DNA of 64,000 nucleotides from Tubiluchus corallicola (taxonomy: Eukaryota; Animalia; Priapulida). The position numbers and the translations under genes are program-made. Below the pieces are notes generated by a model. That model was given only the letters and a program-made list of their open reading frames with translations, ran no database searches and was not told the origin of the DNA. Location of the stretch: assembly GCA_030141605.1 (NCBI GenBank), contig JAQGDQ010000169.1, positions 372,001 through 436,000 of the forward strand, written 5' to 3'. The number at the start of each line of letters is the position of its first letter. The stretch's first letter is position 1. Below are positions 1 through 13,996 of this stretch, piece by piece.

Positions 1-624
1 CTAATTTGTGAAGAAAAAGTTTGTAGACTGTACATTGGATGGGAAAATATTGAATGTAAAAATAAAATTTTACGAACAAAGCAACTACTGGAATTTATTA
101 CTTAATTATTTGAACCTACTGGAACAGTGGGCCTTATGGAAAAGCTTTACAGAAATTTTCATTCCGAACATAACCGTTTATGCCATTTGCTGCTTAAATG
201 TTTTAATAGATTTAAAAAAGCAAGAAAAAATAAAAATTGAAAAAGCCTTTATACCGTTAAATTGAGTTTTTGTGAATGGAGTTTTGACAAATAGGAAATA
301 AAAGAAAATGTCAGTTTGAATTCTGGACACAACTAACGCACCATTGTATGTGTTAACACAGGCCCAGGTACATATGCACTCACCAACAATTCACAAAGCC
401 CCAAAATGATATATAATAATATAGTATATATAATAATTTTCATCTCTTCTGCGTCAATTTTTTTAGACGTTTCTATAAGCAAAAACGAAATATTTCAGCT
501 GAACTATAGTTCTTATCGCACGAGTGTAACTGGTGTAGTTTTTTAAATTTTTTTGTGTTATTCTTTCATTCTGTTTTAATTTTATTTATCAGTAGTGTGA
601 GTTTCGTAAGACATACATACTTAC

Positions 625-683
625 TAATCGTAGAAAAGAACATTATCATAAATCCCGAAAACATAGGAATACTGTATCCAATT
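625..683 (-). CDS. VMAT: VMAT coding exon 3, copy B (59 nt, TM3); gene continues beyond the window start
   Basis: tgttacag / GTAAGT splice sites; encodes (R)IGYSIPMFSGFMIMFFSTI; not reported in the ORF track. Confidence 0.88.
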
Positions 684-793
684 CTGTAACAGGCAAATAC
701 ACGCAAAATGTACTAGAACAACGATGCCAGACTACAACGACAATAGCAGCAGCAACAACAACAGCAACGTCAACAACACTGACGTTAACTTAC

Positions 794-852
794 TGATTGT
801 AGAAAGAAACAATATCATGAAACCGGTAAACATGGGAATACTGTAACCAATT
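794..852 (-). CDS. VMAT: VMAT coding exon 3, copy A (59 nt, TM3)
   Basis: tgttacag / GTAAGT splice sites; encodes (R)IGYSIPMFTGFMILFLSTI. Confidence 0.9.
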
Positions 853-1367
853 CTGTAACAAAGGTCAAAAGTTTCAGCTATAAACGAGCTCTTTTTTGTC
901 CTGTTTAAACTGCAATATGGTCTCAATTTGTATGGCATGTTGAAGACAAAGCTTGAAGGTTCTTGAAGTTGAAGCAAAATCTTTGACCAGGCTTAAAAAC
1001 TACCAATCTTGCACCATTTATGTGTAGTTTATATGGCGATTATATGCCGACATGTCTAGTTTAAAGAAAAAACTGTTCAAAAAAGATTGTCGACCAGATT
1101 TTTCATTAAACTTTACAAATTTAGAACTTCATTTATAAATTACAATTAATTTTAGTAAAATAGCATTTGAAAAGTAAATAAAAAGTAAATAAGGCTGTGT
1201 CTCATGGATCACTTTTGTCTCGTATAAAAATTTTTGGAAGTTTCGTGATGATGCAATGCATATGAACTAGTAACAAACAAACATGCCTGATATACTATGA
1301 AGTCCTGAGAACTTTTGAAACAATTTTTTGTAACACTGCTAATTGTTACATACAATATATGTAAACT

Positions 1368-1880
<513 letters not shown>

Positions 1881-1945
1881 ATGGCTTACAGTCGACATTA
1901 TTACTGGCTTCATCTAAAGTCAGACATATTGTCTTATACCGTTAC

Positions 1946-2291
1946 CTGTTTGTTAGTGGCCCCACAAATGGATTAACTACCATCTGAATTGCAGCTTTGG
2001 AAGCAAACATCAAGCCAACTTCAACATTTTCGTTGACCAGCTCTTGATGCCTGATGTCCTCCTCATAAGGATCTAAAGTCGTTTCTAGAGAATAGTTAAC
2101 TGTAGTGACTTCTGTACTTTCTACTGCATATGAGTAAGCATAAAAGTTCGCTGCTTCGTTCCAAGGTGGCGCTGTTATAAACTTTGTAGTGGGAGTGGGC
2201 GTCGTCAAGGTAGTGTTCGTTTGATTCGACTTCAACACTTTCATGTCCGACTCGTGATGAAGCTCATAGAGGTATTCCGGTATAATGGGAA
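1946..2291 (-). CDS. VMAT: VMAT coding exon 2 (346 nt): luminal loop and TM2
   Basis: ttttacag acceptor; (V)PIIPEYL...[28 protein letters not shown](R); GTAAC donor. Phase fits exon 1 (phase 1) and both 59-nt exons (phase 2). Confidence 0.95.
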
Positions 2292-2617
2292 CTGTAAAAT
2301 TTTTAAAGGTTACATTGAAACAGTACAAAATTTGTACAGATCCTTCTAAAATAGATTTCCGTTCTCCGTTCAAGACCCTACCCACTTACCATCCAAAAGA
2401 TATTTAGAGTTATGGAAGTAGGTACTCCAAGTTCTTATTCAAACTCAGCTATCTCAGCTGCTTGTGGTTAAAGTTCAGACCTTGTAACAAATACCTGTTT
2501 CCGACTAAATATGGGCAAATGTTTTTAATAACAAGTACATAATGTCATTTTCTTATTATGGGACTACAATGGCAGGGTCAGGTATACTATAAATTAAATA
2601 AATTGAATGTGACATCC

Positions 2618-2785
2618 TGATGACGATGAAGATGATGATGATGATTGATGCTGCTAGTGCTGCTGCTGCTTATGATGATGATGATGGCGACGACGACCAC
2701 GACGATGATGTTAATGACGATGGTGATGACGACGACGACGATGATGATGATGTTAATGATGGTGATGCCGATGATGACGATGACG

Positions 2786-2816
<31 letters not shown>

Positions 2817-2835
2817 TGACGATGATGATGATGAT
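2618..2835. repeat. (GAT/GAC)n microsatellite
   Basis: Directly visible. Confidence 0.95.
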
Positions 2836-4259
2836 AGTGTAAATAATAGTGGTAATGAGGGTATAAATAATAAAAGAATATCTTGAAAAATTCTTAAGGA
2901 CAGGCGTACATATAAGTTTTTGCTCCTTGCCAAAGAAGATTTCTAACGGGTTGTAGAAGCCAGTTAAAAAGAAGCCACGCGTCAGAGTAGGCCTAATCTA
3001 CAAGTAGCACAATTCATATTAATTTTTGTGGTTTAATGTCCAAGATATATTGTTTTATTAATATGCGGTCCCGTCTACTTACAAAATCACATCAACACTC
3101 TACCTATAGCAATTAGTAAACAATAAAGCAGCACATTCCTCAAACAAGTTGATCTAACCACAGCAGATTAATGAGTGCTGATCCATAATTCAATGTGTTA
3201 ATTATTGACCACACGTAGCACTCCAGAATAATAAAAAGCCGACAAAAGTTTCTATTAAGATAGTTGGCATTGCTATTTAAATATTCTATGAATATTCGCC
3301 AGGATTAGCAACTTCTGTTATTAACAAGGCCAGGCCCTGCTGTGGACTCGCCCAGGCTATTCTACCTACATAAAATATTGTGTCAACATTTGGCAATATG
3401 TTGCCGCAATTCAATAAAGGTGTGAGGGCCGCCTGATATATGCGCTTTCAATTTCAGCGGCAGCACAGCGCAAACAAGCAACAGTGTTAAACGCGGTTGC
3501 GAGAAGCGAATCCAGAACCCGACACTTAAACTGAAAGCTTTTGGGTAACTTTAATCTGTGGGCAGATAAGTTTAATGCATGAGTTTCATGAAGCTTCGCA
3601 ATCCATTACGCTGCATGAGTAACATGTTTTCGCTAATGATGTTTGTAACGCAGACTTCATATTCCAGTGTTTTTTGGGCAGTTCGACTGTGGGTCCGCCA
3701 AGGAGCAAGGAAGGGAAGCCACCACATTCCAAGGAATCTGTAATGAATGATGCTATCTGAAGTCAGTGTCATTGATGTAGATTAAGTCGAGATCAGCTCG
3801 TTCTGATGAGCAGTAGCTATACTATACGTTTGTAGCATTAAAAAGACTGCAAATAAAGTTGACCACCAACTCCAAGCAATGTCTTTGATGGCAAAATTCA
3901 ATACACTTTTTCCAATAGTAAAGGAAAATCTTCCCCAGATGTAAGAAAATATGCCCTCTATTACATAACACAGACGGTATATAGTATAACAAAAATAGCA
4001 GTTTGTGATACAAAAATTCATATGCCAACCAGGTTGTAACATAATTTCACGAATTTTTGAAGAATACTTTTGTAGTGTGAGTAACTGGCAGTATTTGCTA
4101 AAATTTACTTCTCAGTAGAACTGCGTGGAGCTGGAGCTTAGCTTTTCCAATCTTTAACGATGTATCACTATAAAAGGAAACTGAAATTTTAGAAACTACG
4201 AAGATAGTAATTGTTTGGCGCGAGCTAATAGCTTGGCTGTAATCTTTTCAAAGTAGGTA

Positions 4260-4647
4260 CTGTAGCGGATAGCCCTATAGGCTGAATAGGCTGAAGCCTA
4301 AGGCCCAGGATCAAAAGGGGCTCGGCAAAATAAAACGAAAAAAAAACGAAATAAAAGAAATTAGTAAGAAACTAAAGTTACTTTCAGTTTCTGATTGGCT
4401 TATTTTAGTTGACATCTAACCCAGAAACTCACCAAGCTGTAATCGTGTTTATATAGTCCTAGTCCACAACTCAAGGATCAAGAAGATATCATTTTTATCA
4501 CAATCGGAGGGCAAAAACTCACAAAATTAAACAAACTTACAAACGACGAGAGCTCCACAAAAACACGTCAGCTCAGCAGTGTAGTAACATTTAAAAGGCC
4601 CGTTCCAAGCTCAAGCCTAAGGCCCATAAAATCATAATCCGCCACTG
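4260..4647. mobile_element. Non-autonomous hAT-like MITE
   Basis: Ends CTGTAGCGGATAG ... TAATCCGCCACTG form imperfect TIRs; subterminal aagcctaaggccca at both ends; flanks agtaggta/ttaaggta resemble a decayed 8-bp TSD. Confidence 0.55.
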
Positions 4648-5513
4648 TTAAGGTATACACTCTTTTCGAAAAATTCGCTTCAAAAACTACTGCTTTTGGG
4701 TTTCCTAGTTATCCTACAATTTTATAAAGAACAATTCACTGTACTACAAATACTACAAATTTTAAGCAAGCATTCAACGAATGAATGTACTGCTAATATT
4801 GAATTTTGTGATGGCGTTTGGATCTAGTCCTTATCAGGGAAAGTTCAGCGTCTGACGTTCAGACAAGAATATATCTTACCTCAACCCAAGGCAGGCTAAT
4901 AGGTGAAACCGCTTAGACGTTACCAACCAGACTCAGCGCTGCTTAACTTTCTTAGCCAAGCATACCCTGAGACAATATAAATACGCAAGTACAAAATAAG
5001 TTGAGTTACTGACACTACCTAGCCTAGGGCCCATGCTTCTCACTCTCACAGCGGGACTCGCAGAAAGCTTTGCGTGAGATAACAGTGGCTTCCTCCACGT
5101 AATGAACAGCGGCTTAGGTGTGACAGCTAGCGACTAGAGCGTAATGGCCACGGTGATTTACTGACATCATTGATTTCTCTGCACTCTAATGACAATCGCA
5201 AATTCTTCCTCGTTTATTAGAGAGGACTGAATCGGTGGGTGGTTTTACTGTGTCATGTTAGAGCTAACGTTGTTAGAGGAATATTTTAACAACATACATA
5301 ATATGTAGTATGAATGCTCAAGTCTAAAGAACAAACTGTTAACACAGTTGCGTACGGGAAGTCTAATTTCCTAGATCATTAAACTGAATATTCATAAAAA
5401 GTGCCCGCACAACTGCCTGCATGTTAGCCACTTATTAATGCAAATTCTAGTCACTAATATGTTATCAAGAACTTCCTTATAAGGGTATACGGCACAAATG
5501 TTATTATACTTAC

Positions 5514-5634
5514 CCACTGTAGTAAGTAACATGTTATCCAGTAATATAGCAATAAATACAATGATTAGGATAAGTTTTCTTGATTCGCGGTACTTGCTAA
5601 ACTGTTCACTAATAACAGTAGTGGGAGATCTCAT
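5514..5634 (-). CDS. VMAT: Vesicular monoamine transporter (SLC18A1/2 family), first coding exon (121 nt)
   Basis: Translates MRSPTTVISEQFSKYRESRKLILIIVFIAILLDNMLLTTV, the VMAT TM1 signature. GTAAGT donor at 5513. An acceptor (ttttcttttccag, 5644-5645) just upstream of the ATG implies an unlocated non-coding 5' exon. Confidence 0.95.
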
Positions 5635-8600
5635 ATTGTTTCCCTGGAAAAGAAAACATGATTTCGTTAATTTATATGCAAACTGTAATGATCACACATT
5701 GTGTAAAAGCAACTAAAGAAATTTCCATGTGGAGTTAAATGCCAGGAAGCAGGACATGAATGATATCATGATGACCGGGTCGGAAGTAGCTACAAAGGAA
5801 ACGTATTTTAACTTTTAAGTCAAGTTCATTCGTTCTTCTTGTACAATATTCCAAAGGACTCATATTCAACTGCTAAAAGGAGCTTTTTTAATTTATCCTG
5901 TGTTAATTAGATCTAACATTGCTTGTAAGATTGTGAAAATAGGTTAGGTTTATTAGACATTTTTAATAAAATCTTTTTATACATATGTGTTTTCATATTC
6001 ATTTATATAATTGTATAAAGATGACAAATAAATAAAAAAATGTCACGTTGTCTTAGCAAACAGAGACACATGTTCCGACATATTGTTTCAACGTTTTTGG
6101 TTGAGTTGCAACTGTTATGCTTTTAATGCTTTTTCATACTTTTTCGACAAATGTTCGAAATAAGTTCAGCCTTTAAAACTTATGTCGGTTCAGTTGGTAA
6201 TTAATGCAAAATTATGATATATTGTTGATAAGTAATGTGTGCCGAAAAAATAATTTTAAGTAAAATTAGGGAAAAAATCAGTAAGGCACATATAATAAAA
6301 TATTTGTTGTAATTGCGAAAATGTATATGTTAATGTGTTTGCATTTCGCTACCGAGTTTTTAATTGGCATGGTGGCATTATTCGTTCGATATTGACTTAT
6401 AATTATATCTACATCTAATCCTTGCAAATACACTGCGATCGCAGAAACAGCACAAACTCATATAAGCACCACTCACCACTAAACACCAGTTTTGGGAAAT
6501 TCGTTTAAAAAGTTAATTAGTTATTAACTTACAAAAGAGAACTTTATCTTTTGTTGAGCACAAAACAAGCGTTTTCCACACAACGCTTTTTTCAATTTCG
6601 TGACACAACATCATGTATGTTAGAAGGCTAGGATGCATTTGCTGTAATGTGTTGTCAACGTTTATATGTTTCACATAACATACTTAAAAAGTAAAAAAAA
6701 ACATTATATTATTAAAATTAAAGCTCAAGTGCTAATGCCGTAGCAATGTAATCTTGACAGATATCAATAAATTGTGTACATAGTATAATTGTCGTGCCTA
6801 GTTTTTAAAGGAGCTCTCACCGGCATTTCTTGCTCTTGGTTGTGTTGCCCTCTATTTGAAATAAACTGTACCTTACAATTTAATATTTATTTGAAACGAA
6901 TTGCATTTTATCTTTAATACTTTTGAAACGAATAACACTATGAAACTTATCCATAACAAGATCGTATCTGGTTTCATCAAGCATGCCAATGGAAAGACAG
7001 AAGAACCAACAAGAAAATTTATGCGTCAAGATTTTAAGTAAATCATTTAATTCGTAAACTCTTTATTATGATTTCCTAAGCATAAACTGATGTGTACAAA
7101 AATCTCAAATTTATACATAGAGCTTGAAGTATTTACTGTATTTTGAAACTATTTCGAAACGGCTCACCCTTATCTTTTATATACTACAACGGCAATGTGT
7201 AGTTTAGTGCTTAGAGTTCAAATTTTCGAAAGTACCTGCTAACCGATTTTGGCATTTATTTCCTAATAGTTACGGACTGAACCTGCCTATTGACTCCAAC
7301 TATTCGCACAAACAGCTTACAAAATAAAAACGCTAACACCATCACAGGATAAATTTACATAACACAAAATCTGTGATGATAGTTCACAAATCTCCAACTT
7401 TATGTAAATTCTCTGCAGCTGCAAATGGCTGCTTAATGGTAGCGAGAAAAACGGTGAAAAGCACTCTTCACATTTGACATGTTTTTACGATGTGGAAACC
7501 CTACAAGGCCTTTGGCCCACGCTTTGTTTGAACACTAACGTGTAAATTCATTGTGATTAAAAAGGCTATAATTATTACATTGACTATTACGTCATCCAGG
7601 CGATTTCCCAGTTGCTTAGTCAGTTGGTCCGATAACAGTCGACGAGCCGGTTGAGTATCAGTAAGTTGCTCGACTCATCCGTCCGTCTATCGCCGCAGAG
7701 CATACTCAGTCATCACGCAGTCAGTACTTACAGAACATGAGTGAGAGAGTGAGCACGTAATTAAGTAAGCAAGCAAGCGCAAGTTGGAAAACAAGTAAGA
7801 AACAGTAAGCAAGTAGACACGCATGCAAGGAGCTAAATATAGTAAACAACTACGATACAAGCAAAACGACGGCAGCGAATGAAACAGTACAACATGACGA
7901 AATAGCAATTTTACTAGCACTGCATGCATTTTACAATTAAGCTTCTTCATAAAAATTAAAAAATTCTTTGTCTTTTGTCGATAAGACGATAGTTGATAAA
8001 AAATATCTTGTTTATCTATTGCGCCGACACAGTCAACCATATTTACCTCACAATGTATTAGTTCCTCGATAGCATGCTATTGTTTTTTACTTGGTTTATT
8101 TATCATTTTGCTGTTCTATTCATGCTTAGAGGCTTGCAACACACAAACAAAAAACTTTGAAAGAAACTACACCGCAGAAAATAATTACAATAATGTTTCA
8201 CATAAAAATATTAGATGATAAATGTGTTTACGTTTTGCGGCGATACGTTTTGCACGTGTTGCATGTTTTGCACGTTCTGCAGGATGACAATACGGGTTTG
8301 CCCTGCAAATTTACTTCTGCCGTTGTAATTTTGCTATTTGTCAAAAGTTTAAGAAATGAAAGCCATTTTGTAAAGAAAATGTTTCCCTGATGGCGGGTGT
8401 AATTTGTTAGACAAACTGATTCGTGCTTGAACTTAATGGATTGGATATCAGTTTTATATAAAAAACAAATGCGATTTTTCAAGAATCCTTAGAAGTAATT
8501 GGAGCATCTATTATAGCGGGTTTGTAAGAGCAATAGCCACGCTAGCGATATCGTCACCAGTGCTTGAAAATTCCATAGATAAAGAGTCTCTCGGTACGTT

Positions 8601-9069
8601 GTTAACGCATAACTATACTTTTCGTATAAGAGGGTCGTGTTTCCGATTAGCGACTTTTTTACACACCCTATAATAATCAACATTCTCCAAGAAAGTTTAG
8701 CATGAATCGACGCTAATTACAGGTATGAATGCACCTGCAGCGCACGCCAACCATTAACGCCCATATTTTCAGCACCACATATCGATTCTTTTACACATTC
8801 AATACCAATTTCATCGTCGCATAATTAGCATGGATGACTGCTGAAATTAAGCAAATGTGTACAGTACAGGACTTTGCATAATTCTTGTTCTAAAAATAAC
8901 CGTACTTTTAACAGTAAACATTGATTGAGTGAGCGTATGTGGAAAGAAGACAGGGATTAGGGATAAAGAAAATATCTTAAATGAGAAAGTAGGTACAAGA
9001 TGAATGTAGGCCTGTATGTGTGATGGTGGTTGGGTTGAGGGACTGACGAAGATGATAAAGATGAATGAC

Positions 9070-9217
<148 letters not shown>

Positions 9218-10269
9218 TAAGCAGCCAATTGGAAACACCTTTGGTTAGCTTAGCTTTTGGTATTTCGACTCATTAAGTTCAAAATAAATGCTGAGAACAA
9301 GCAAGAAATTTTAACAACTTCTCGTCGGCTTTATAGATGACTTATGTAAAAAACAAAGCTATGACTTCCACAAAGGCTTTGAAGAGATAATATCCAGATA
9401 TCATATGGTTGTATAACGGCAGACAATAAATTGCTTTTAGGAAGCTTCAACCGACCACAAGCAGTTCAACTCATGAAAAGCGTGTCGATACAAAAACCCT
9501 CATAATCATAAAAATACACTTATGAGTAACAGCACTCTACTAAACTCTGGCAAAAGTTTGCACTACACAATATGTTTCACTAAACTACTATAAGTCAAGA
9601 CGTAGTCGTTAAAAAATATAGATAAAGAAAACAAGTAAATAAGAAAGCGTACGTGCAAAAAATACTTTAAAACAGTTCATAGCTTTCTATAGCCCAGCCC
9701 TACATTGCGTTTTATGCATAGAAATAGAAGCAGCATGTTTCCTGTTTTTAATTATAATTCGACTTAAGTGTTTATTAAGTGCTGTTTAAAGTGCGTAAGT
9801 GCTACTTTTATGCATACCAGCCTTTGATAAGACAAGGCCATAATAATGCGCTTGGTCAACAAAAGTCCGATCCGGTTCCGTAAAATAAATACCACCCCAA
9901 AGTCTCCCTGCAAAATACAAAACAAGCAGAAGAAATGAGATGAAAAAATAAATGCAATACAAAGAGGTGCAGAAAATAAAAAAACTGCTGTCCAGTTTAG
10001 TTTTTGTATCCGGATTTAGGACATAAAATTAATCAAGAAATTAGCTTTGGACATTCTGAATACATTGAATTTAGGCCTATAGGGTTTGCGTTTTAATTAC
10101 CTAACAACGCTTTTTCCATTTTAGGCACTTGGAGCTTTCCAGTAGTGTATTAAAGATTGCGGTGTTGCAAACTGTATTTGTGAAATCTGTATTTTCCTTT
10201 TTAATTAAGGTATGACTTGATCGAATTCAAAGAAAATGATTTTATTGCAATGTGAGCTGAAGGAGAAAA

Positions 10270-10800
10270 TATAATGGCTGATAAAATAGTACATTTATAA
10301 CATGACTATACCGAAGTGGATTAGAGAAAACGCGATTTGGAGTATCTATGTTCTAGAATATAGTAACAAACTAAAATTCTATGAGGACAAATACACTGAG
10401 AACAATGAGTCATTTCTGCAGAGGATAGAAACAGTTTGTGTTGGTGAAACAAATGAAATTTACGAAAAATATAATAAACTGAGAAAGAGAAAAACCCATA
10501 ACAAGTGAGACATTGTGCGTCTTGACACTTGCATAGCAGTTTTCGAAACTGTAACTTCTGTAACTAGAGGTCGCTGACAGATATCAATAATTAGAGAACA
10601 TAACAAAGTGGGTATGAATGACCATCAAAAAACTGTTACTACAAAGGTATCTCAATAAGTGTTTGAGATATTGATAAAGTGAAATTTGTTAAGCATGAGA
10701 ACATGACACATAACTGGTTGCCACACCCAAAGCCAGACAGACAGTAGAAGACGGCTGGAGGGCTGTGAGCAAGAAAACTGTAATGTGTGGATGAAAACTT
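10270..10800 (+). mobile_element. Possible highly decayed Gypsy-type gag remnant
   Basis: Fragments WSIYV, NEIYEKY, KKLLLQ..LNKC across broken frames resemble Gypsy gag from memory; many stops. Confidence 0.3.
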
Positions 10801-13026
10801 TTTCTTGAGCAGGGCCTGTCTCAGTTAGAGCTAACTAATGATGTTTGATGCAGAAGTAAGATAAAGAAGAACTAAAGAACGATTGTCTTGACCATTAACT
10901 GTTAAATTTAGTGACGATGCAACATTATTGTAATTTGCCGCACTAAAAATATATTACCACACCAAGTAACTGAGGTCAATTAACATCTCTTCTGTCATTC
11001 TTAATTTTGCGAAAATGCAAGCTCATGAACAGCAGTTTTGACATTGTAAAAACCGAGTAATTTCTATGGCGCATTCTATTTGTTTGCTTTTTAATATTTT
11101 TTATTTTATATACTTTTTTAATTTATCAAATAGCTATAATTGAACATCTCTCATATTTAAAAGAAACAAGTCAACCTGCTTCGTTATTAATGCGTCATGC
11201 GTGAACGATTATTGTTAAAACTCACAGGTGATTGAGATTTGCTTTGCTGATTTGCATAATGAGCCAACCTTTGATGGAGTTATCGATTCAGTCGTTACCC
11301 GAGCACTTAGTTCGCTCCATTCAACAACCATAAAACCACATATTTCATATAAAACGGCGTATTCGGAGTGAGCTAACCATGGTTTCGCTATTACAGAGCC
11401 TTCATTGAAGGTTTTAAATACAGCTGTCGGCACGTGATGGCAGATTTACTCTTTAACAAAAACAAAACAACTTGGAAATCGTTGTGCTAATGTATTTTCT
11501 CCAAAGTTTATTACTTTTAGCTTTTATTTGGCAGCCACCACAGTGCAAATACTCGTCAGGAAAATTCTGGCGTAATGGTTTCAGAACTCGGGTTAGACTG
11601 TCCCCAAGACTCTCAGCATCATGTCAAGGAGTAAGGTTTATTGGATATGTAGGATTTTTTTGTGAAAGTGATGGATAGCACTAGACAACACTGGCGGCTG
11701 CCATGTAATTAAAGTCTAGTACTCCTACATCAGTAATTAATAAACGTTGAACGTCATACACAAAGGATCGAGTAACTGCCGACCTCCGTTCATTTTTATC
11801 ATCAGGCGGATGTTTAATTTACTTTGATCGTTGCTTATTCTTCGTTCTTTTTAATCTCTCGGCTTCTGTTCAATTTACATTTCGTTGTTGCTTACTCAAT
11901 GGCACGTGACCCCAGTCGTAATTAATCCAAAATTCAATACCTGCGAAAGTTTGAAGAAAAACTGGGATGTTTTTGGCTCAGTGATACACTGATATTGTTT
12001 ATAATTATATATACTACCTAGTCTGAAAAACTTTAATCATGTCAAACAGACGGTAACACAACAGATAGTAAAAATAAAAGAAATGCCAAGAAATACTTGA
12101 GGAATTCAATTTCAGCTTATTGCCAAACTTAGAGTGAAATTACAATCACGGTTAACGTAAGTAAACACTCGTGATTTGCAAACTCTCCCCGCCCTTCCAG
12201 CATCACATCTCAACCTAATTGCGTGATAGCGTTCGTTATTCTACTAATGTTCAGTGAACTTTACTTTTCAGCATGTGTTCTGGCCTTCTTTCTGAGAGAA
12301 TGATGTATGATCAGTTCATCTCATTATAACGAAGAAGCTGGTGTGGTGCCATTCGTGTTTTTCAATGAAATTAGCCAATCTTGAATGGTTATGAGAGAAC
12401 AATGCAGTAGTAGACTGTCTCGCGCAGGGATAAAATGCACACGCAGGCAATTCTCAGACACGTGTTTTCAAGTTTTTGTAAAAATTCTGTAGCACCTAGA
12501 TTTTCAAAATTTGCGCCGTTAATTACGTATTTCTTTAGTACCCTTTGCGACTTTCCTTCACGAACAAGAGTTCATACCGACGGGTCCTCCACAACTGTAG
12601 GGCTCTGTGGTATGTAGTAGCGTAACTGAACTGTGTGTAGGTAGTATTCTATAGAGGACACTAATAGTTCACACCTCTTACTGCAGGCTAAGTAAGCGAA
12701 CGACTCAGCAGGTAAAATACAGACTGATTTAGTACCAAAATTTCTATGCATTGGTACAGCAGTCCCGTGCATATTTGAAAAGATTATATATTTATTTCTT
12801 TATAAACGATACGTATTAATCTATGCATATGCAAGTTGTCAAGAAAAGTAATCAAGCTAGCAATATTTAATTAACAAAATTTTAAATTAATGCACGAAAA
12901 GCCCGCGCTGCTGAAGTGGGTATTTTTCAAAATTTTCTCGCCAGGGATGATGTCTCGTGTCACAAGTGAATGCTGAGCCTGACTTATTAAGTAAAATGAG
13001 AAGATGAATTGTAGCTATTTATTTAG

Positions 13027-13996
13027 AGCACACTCGAAGCAAACAAGACGCATATAGAAGAAATTGGCTCAAGCCATTTGCATATCAGTAGCTGGAGAGG
13101 GATCTACCTTTCCAGTGAGACGCGATTACCATGGTTTGTACGCAGACTGCAACGAGCTGTGTGCCAGCCCGGTGCTTTATAGACAGGATACACTGACAGC
13201 AAGTAAGACAGATAGAAACAGATAAAATTAAAGAAGAAAGAAGTCAATGTTAATAATGTTCCAGTGTCAAATATACAAATAAAAAGTAATTAATAACGAA
13301 ACTCGTTTAAGGTTATTATGTTACGTTATTTTATAGTCGAATTAAGCCCGTTAATAAATGTGCTCTTTTTCTGTTTTTTTTTGTAAATAATGTTAAAAAC
13401 TGCCTCTTTTTACAAGTACTGTACAGTACTTTGTTGATAGCTACATTTAAAGTGTTCATCACTAGTGTCATCGTCTTCATTATCATCTTCGTAATCACCT
13501 TACCGTCATAATCATCATTATGAGCTGCACCACTACCACCACAATGTGACCAACGAGGCAGCAATGTGAGCAACAACCTGGATCATAGGTAGCTTGTCTA
13601 CAGGCACTGTGGAACTACTGTAACTGCAATTTTTAACCAAAAGACAAGTAGCCAGGCTATAGCCGTACAAGTAGCCAGGCTATAGCCATCAATGCAAAAA
13701 GAATCAATAGATTTATAGATGATGACTAATACGTCTTCATCAGTGCAATAAACAAAGGTTGTTATGACAAAAACAGAGGTTCTGTTTTGCTCTGAAGAAA
13801 ATGTATTTCAAAATTTAAGCGTTTATTTTTATATTTACAGATAGAAACTGGAAGTGCATTAATTCGGTCCTCCAGCAACGTTTACAGCACTCCTGCAACC
13901 GAAATCATTGCTGAACTTGGTCCCAAGGTTTACAAGTACAATACCTGTGCAAGGAACGATTGTGGCCCAAACTACTGCGCCTGCAACGTTATATAA
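13027..13996 (+). pseudogene. Frameshifted tandem paralog of the CGPNYCCC gene (exons 13027-13202 and 13841-13996)
   Basis: Aligns to exons 20092-20277 and 21326-21471 with the same splice sites. 10-nt deletion in the first exon and 7-nt insertion in the second. Corrected translation KKLAQAICISVAGEGSTFPVRRDYHGLYADCNELCASPVLYRQD...WKCINSV..LGPKVYKYNTCARNDCGPNYCACNVI*. Confidence 0.88.

Noticed and set aside
11535-11630. Exon-like segment with good AG/GT sites
   Set aside because: No recognisable product or partner exons.
12270-12390. Possible decayed signal exon of the 13027 pseudogene (GAAGAAGCTGGTGTGGTGCC similar to 18421)
   Set aside because: Similarity is under 25 nt, with stops and no clear donor.
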